NCBI GenBank assembly: GCA_026982655.1
Contig: JALSGO010000165.1
Location: 35,032-99,031, forward strand
Reading direction: 5' to 3'
Length of the DNA: 64,000 bases
Source of the DNA: Candidatus Bipolaricaulota bacterium
Lineage (GTDB): Bacteria > Bipolaricaulota > Bipolaricaulia > RBG-16-55-9
Under the pieces are notes generated by a model. The model was given only the letters and a program-made list of their open reading frames with translations. It was not told where the DNA came from and made no database searches. Both the position numbers and the translations under genes were made by a program. This document shows, piece after piece, positions 60,795 to 64,000 of this stretch (position 1 is its first letter; the number at the start of each line of letters is the position of its first letter).

Positions 60795-63623
60795 TCACTT
60801 TCGTCCACAGCAGTGCTTGTATTTCTTCCCCGAACCGCAGGGGCAAGGCTCGTTCCGGCCGACCTTCTGCACGTGGCGGGGCTTGGGCTTAGCTGCGGTC
60901 GCCGCGGCCACGGCCGCGGTCGCGGGCACAAGCCCCGTCCCCTCCGCTGCCCCCGGGGAGGCGGCGGAAGAGGAAGCCGAGAAGGCGTCCACGCTCTCGT
61001 GCTCGTAGCGCAGCCCACCCAGCCCGGAGGAGGTAGCTCCCACGCCCACGCCGACGCCGACGCCGGCGCCCACCGGCGCCGCCTCCAGTCGAATGACGGG
61101 CTTCACCAAGTAGTGGATGATCTGCTCCTCCACGCGGGCGAGCATCTCCTGGAACAAGCGGAAGGACTCCCGGGTGAACTCCACCAGGGGATCCCGCCCC
61201 TGGTAGGCCCGCCAGCCGATCCCCTCCCGCAGATCGTCCAGGGCGTAGAGGTGCTGCCGCCAGTTCTCGTCGATGAGGTTGAGGATCATCCAGCGGGCTA
61301 CGCGGTGGAACTGGCCCCCTAAGCGCTCGACCTGTGCGCGGTAGTTCGCCTCCATCAGCCCGCGGATCCGCTCCCGCAGGTCGGACAGGGAGAGACCCTC
61401 GGTGTCCTGAAGCTCCTCCTCGAACTTGACGTTCTGGAAGCTTCGCAGCTCCTTTTGTAGCCCCTCCAGGTCCCACTCGTAGGGGCGGTTCTCGTCGGGA
61501 CAGTAGCGCTCCAGGAGCGTGTCCGTATAGCTCTCGAACAGCTCCGTCATGTACTCGTCGAGGTCGGCTTGGACCGCTTGGGGGTCCTCATTCCGCCCCA
61601 GCAGGAAGCGGTTGCGCAGCGCGTAGATCGCCTCGCGCTGGCGGGCCATCACCGCGTCGTATTCCAAAAGCCTCTTGCGGATCGAGAAGTTGTGGGCCTC
61701 GACCCGCTGCTGGGCGGTGCGGATCGCCTTGGTGAGCATCTGGTGTTCGATCCCCTGCCCCTCCTCCAGCCCTTTCAGCGCCCACTGGACGAGCTTCTGG
61801 TCCCCGAAGAGCCGGAAGAGGTCGTCCTCCAACGAGACGAAGAACTGGGAGGAGCCGGGGTCCCCCTGGCGTCCGGCCCGCCCCCGGAGCTGGTCGTCGA
61901 TGCGTCTCGATTCGTGCCGCTGGGCCCCGATGACGTGGAGACCCCCCAGCTGGACGACCTCCTCGTGCTCTTTGGCGCACTCCTCGCGCTTCTTCTCCAG
62001 AATCGTTTCGTAGCGCCTCTCCCACTCGGCGCGAGCCTTTTCGTACTCCGGCTCGGTCTGGAAGTCGCGGGGGTCGGGAGGGGAGCCCGCCTCCTCCCGC
62101 GCGAGGAACTCGGGGTTGCCGCCCAGGAGGATGTCGACGCCGCGCCCGGCCATGTTCGTCGCGACCGTCACCGCCCCCTTGCGCCCCGCCTGGGCGATGA
62201 TCATCGCCTCCTTCTCGTGGTGCTTGGCGTTCAAGACGTTATGAGGAATGCCGCGGCGCTTGAGGAGCTTGCTCAGGTGCTCGGAGCGCTCGATGGAGTT
62301 CGTCCCGATGAGCACGGGTCGGCCCTCCTTGTGGAGGCGCTCGATCTCCTCCGCGATGGCCTGCATCTTCTCCTTCTCCGTGCGGAACAGGACGTCGGGG
62401 AGGTCCTGCCGGATCATCGGCTTGTGGGTGGGGATCACCACCACGTCGAGGCCGTAGATCTCCTTGAATTCCTCCTCTTCCGTGGCCGCGGTCCCCGTCA
62501 TCCCCGCCAGACCCTTGTACAGCCGGAAGTAGTGCTGCAGGGTGACCTGGGCCAGGGTCTGGGTCTCGCGCCGGATCTCCAGGCCCTCCTTCGCCTCGAC
62601 GGCCTGGTGGAGCCCGTCGCTCCAGCGGCGGTCGGGCATCAGCCGCCCGGTGAACTCGTCGACGATGACGACCCGCCCGTCCTTGACGATGTAGTCCACG
62701 TCGCGGTGGTACAGATGAAGGGCCCGCAGGGCCAGCTCGATGTGGTGGAGGAGCTCGACGTGCTGCGGGGCGAAGATGTTCTCCACCCCCAACAGCTTCT
62801 CCGCCTTCTTGATCCCCTCCTCCGTGAGGTGGACCCGCCGGGATTTCTCGTCGATCTCGAAGTCCTCGTCCTTGCGGAAGCGGCGGGCCAGCTTGGCGAA
62901 CTGCTTGTAGAGCCGGGCGGTCTCCTCCGTGGAGCCCGAGATGATCAAGGGGGTGCGCGCCTCGTCGATGAGGATGTTGTCGATCTCGTCCACGATCGCG
63001 TAATCCAGCCCCGTCTGGACCCGCTGCTCCCAGGAGATCGCCAAGTTGTCCCTTAGGTAGTCGAACCCGAACTGGGTGTTCGTCCCGTAGATGATGTCGC
63101 ACTCGTACGCCCGCTTGCGCTCCTCCACGCCCATGTCCTCCTGGAGGAGGCCGACTCTCAGCCCCAGAAACTCGTAGATGGGTCCCATCCACTCCCGGTC
63201 GCGCTTGGCCAGGTAGTCGTTGACCGTGACGACGTGGACCTTGCCCACCAAGGCGTTGAGGTAGGCGGGCATCGTGGCCACAAGCGTCTTGCCCTCGCCC
63301 GTCTTCATCTCGGCGATCCTTCGCTGGTGCAGGACGATACCCCCGAGCACTTGGACGTCGTAGGGCCTAAGCCCCACCACCCGGGCGGCGACCTCCCGGA
63401 CCACGGCGAAGGCCTCCGGGAGCAGATCGTCGAGCGTTTCGCCTTGGGTAAGTCTCTGCCGGAACTCTTGGGTCTTGGCCCGAAGCTTCTCGTCGGAGAG
63501 GCGCTTCATCTCGTCGGCGTAGGCGTTGACGGCCTCCAAGAGGGGTTGCAGGCGCTTTAAGCGCTGCTCGTTCGTCTCGCCGAAGATGCGATCCACCGTG
63601 CGTTTGATGATCTCGAGCACCAT
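60795..63623 (-). CDS. secA: preprotein translocase ATPase SecA
   Basis: DEAD-like motor motifs are present throughout, with a C-terminal CPCGSGKKYKHCCG zinc finger. A (Gly-Val)n low-complexity linker lies near the C-terminus. Confidence 0.9.
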   Translation of the reverse strand: MVLEIIKRTVDRIFGETNEQRLKRLQPLLEAVNAYADEMKRLSDEKLRAKTQEFRQRLTQGETLDDLLPEAFAVVREVAARVVGLRPYDVQVLGGIVLHQRRIAEMKTGEGKTLVATMPAYLNALVGKVHVVTVNDYLAKRDREWMGPIYEFLGLRVGLLQEDMGVEERKRAYECDIIYGTNTQFGFDYLRDNLAISWEQRVQTGLDYAIVDEIDNILIDEARTPLIISGSTEETARLYKQFAKLARRFRKDEDFEIDEKSRRVHLTEEGIKKAEKLLGVENIFAPQHVELLHHIELALRALHLYHRDVDYIVKDGRVVIVDEFTGRLMPDRRWSDGLHQAVEAKEGLEIRRETQTLAQVTLQHYFRLYKGLAGMTGTAATEEEEFKEIYGLDVVVIPTHKPMIRQDLPDVLFRTEKEKMQAIAEEIERLHKEGRPVLIGTNSIERSEHLSKLLKRRGIPHNVLNAKHHEKEAMIIAQAGRKGAVTVATNMAGRGVDILLGGNPEFLAREEAGSPPDPRDFQTEPEYEKARAEWERRYETILEKKREECAKEHEEVVQLGGLHVIGAQRHESRRIDDQLRGRAGRQGDPGSSQFFVSLEDDLFRLFGDQKLVQWALKGLEEGQGIEHQMLTKAIRTAQQRVEAHNFSIRKRLLEYDAVMARQREAIYALRNRFLLGRNEDPQAVQADLDEYMTELFESYTDTLLERYCPDENRPYEWDLEGLQKELRSFQNVKFEEELQDTEGLSLSDLRERIRGLMEANYRAQVERLGGQFHRVARWMILNLIDENWRQHLYALDDLREGIGWRAYQGRDPLVEFTRESFRLFQEMLARVEEQIIHYLVKPVIRLEAAPVGAGVGVGVGVGATSSGLGGLRYEHESVDAFSASSSAASPGAAEGTGLVPATAAVAAATAAKPKPRHVQKVGRNEPCPCGSGKKYKHCCGRK

Positions 63624-63689
63624 AAGGGCGATCTCCTCCTCGCGTGCGACGAGATGATTCTAGGGCCGTCCGCGGGGAATCACAAGCAC

Positions 63690-64000
63690 CTAAGGGCTCT
63701 CGGAGGAGAGGCGACGCAGCGCCTGTTCGAGTTCGTCCTTGAGCTCGCGGAGGTTCTCGCGCTCCGCGGTCCAGCGGGCGTAGTCGTCCAAGGGCACCTC
63801 GCGGCCCGGCCGGAGCCTGCGGTCGAGCGTTTGGAGTTTGCGGTTTACGAGGGTCAAAGCGCGTCGGAGCGTCTCCTCTGCCCGTTGGCGTTCCCCCTGG
63901 GCGAGGTAAAGCTGGGCCACCGCCACAAGGAGCCTCTCCTCGTTGGGGTACTCCCGGACGAGTTCCTCCAGCTGGGGGAGGGCCGCTTCCGGCCCCTCGA
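63690..64000 (-). CDS. hypothetical TPR-like helical protein (partial; the 5' end lies beyond the window)
   Basis: The open frame continues past the window end (…EGPEAALPQLEELVREYPNEERLLVAVAQLYLAQGERQRAEETLRRAL…). Confidence 0.4.
   Translation of the reverse strand, partial: EGPEAALPQLEELVREYPNEERLLVAVAQLYLAQGERQRAEETLRRALTLVNRKLQTLDRRLRPGREVPLDDYARWTAERENLRELKDELEQALRRLSSESP

Noticed and set aside
61020-61080. A (gcc gac)/(gtc ggc) microsatellite-like stretch
   Set aside because: It is in frame within secA and encodes a Gly/Val/Ala flexible linker. It is coding low complexity, not an intergenic repeat.

Overview
This is a high-GC bacterial chromosomal window (G+C judged by eye, not computed) that is almost entirely coding, mostly housekeeping genes plus several accessory clusters. 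Proteins are rich in Arg, Glu and Leu, which has a thermophile-like flavour. Coordinates of regulatory sites are approximate. Recognisable housekeeping genes run from rplU (partial), metG, an aminotransferase, pepF, thrC and thiL through a hypF-hypC-hypD-hypE hydrogenase-maturation operon, mutY, class II ribonucleotide reductase nrdJ, degP, accD/accA and a small proline dehydrogenase to secA. Eight tRNA genes lie around degP: Pro(GGG), Pro(CGG), Gly(TCC), Arg(TCT), His(GTG), Arg(TCG), Leu(TAG) and Gly(GCC). A near-consensus sigma-70 promoter precedes the last tRNA. Four regions look worth a second look. (1) A tightly coupled operon, manC to a GH130 phosphorylase, combines GDP-mannose synthesis, a GT78 mannosylglycerate-synthase-like enzyme, a GT4 fused to a glycosidase-like domain, a second GT4, a GH5-like hydrolase and two tiny unannotatable ORFs. 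(2) A GntR-controlled catabolic island carries a Liv-type ABC transporter with a fused LivM-LivG, a cyclic amidohydrolase, a LeuC/LeuD-like dehydratase, a PEP-mutase-family lyase, RidA and a CoA-transferase. (3) A MoxR ATPase sits with a DUF4129 protein and a small membrane partner but without the usual DUF58 protein. (4) Two paralogous membrane-anchored coiled-coil proteins are present, one next to a lone tyrosine recombinase. No CRISPR array, IS element or obvious prophage is present. Most of the roughly 300 listed ORFs are GC-driven shadow frames and were rejected.
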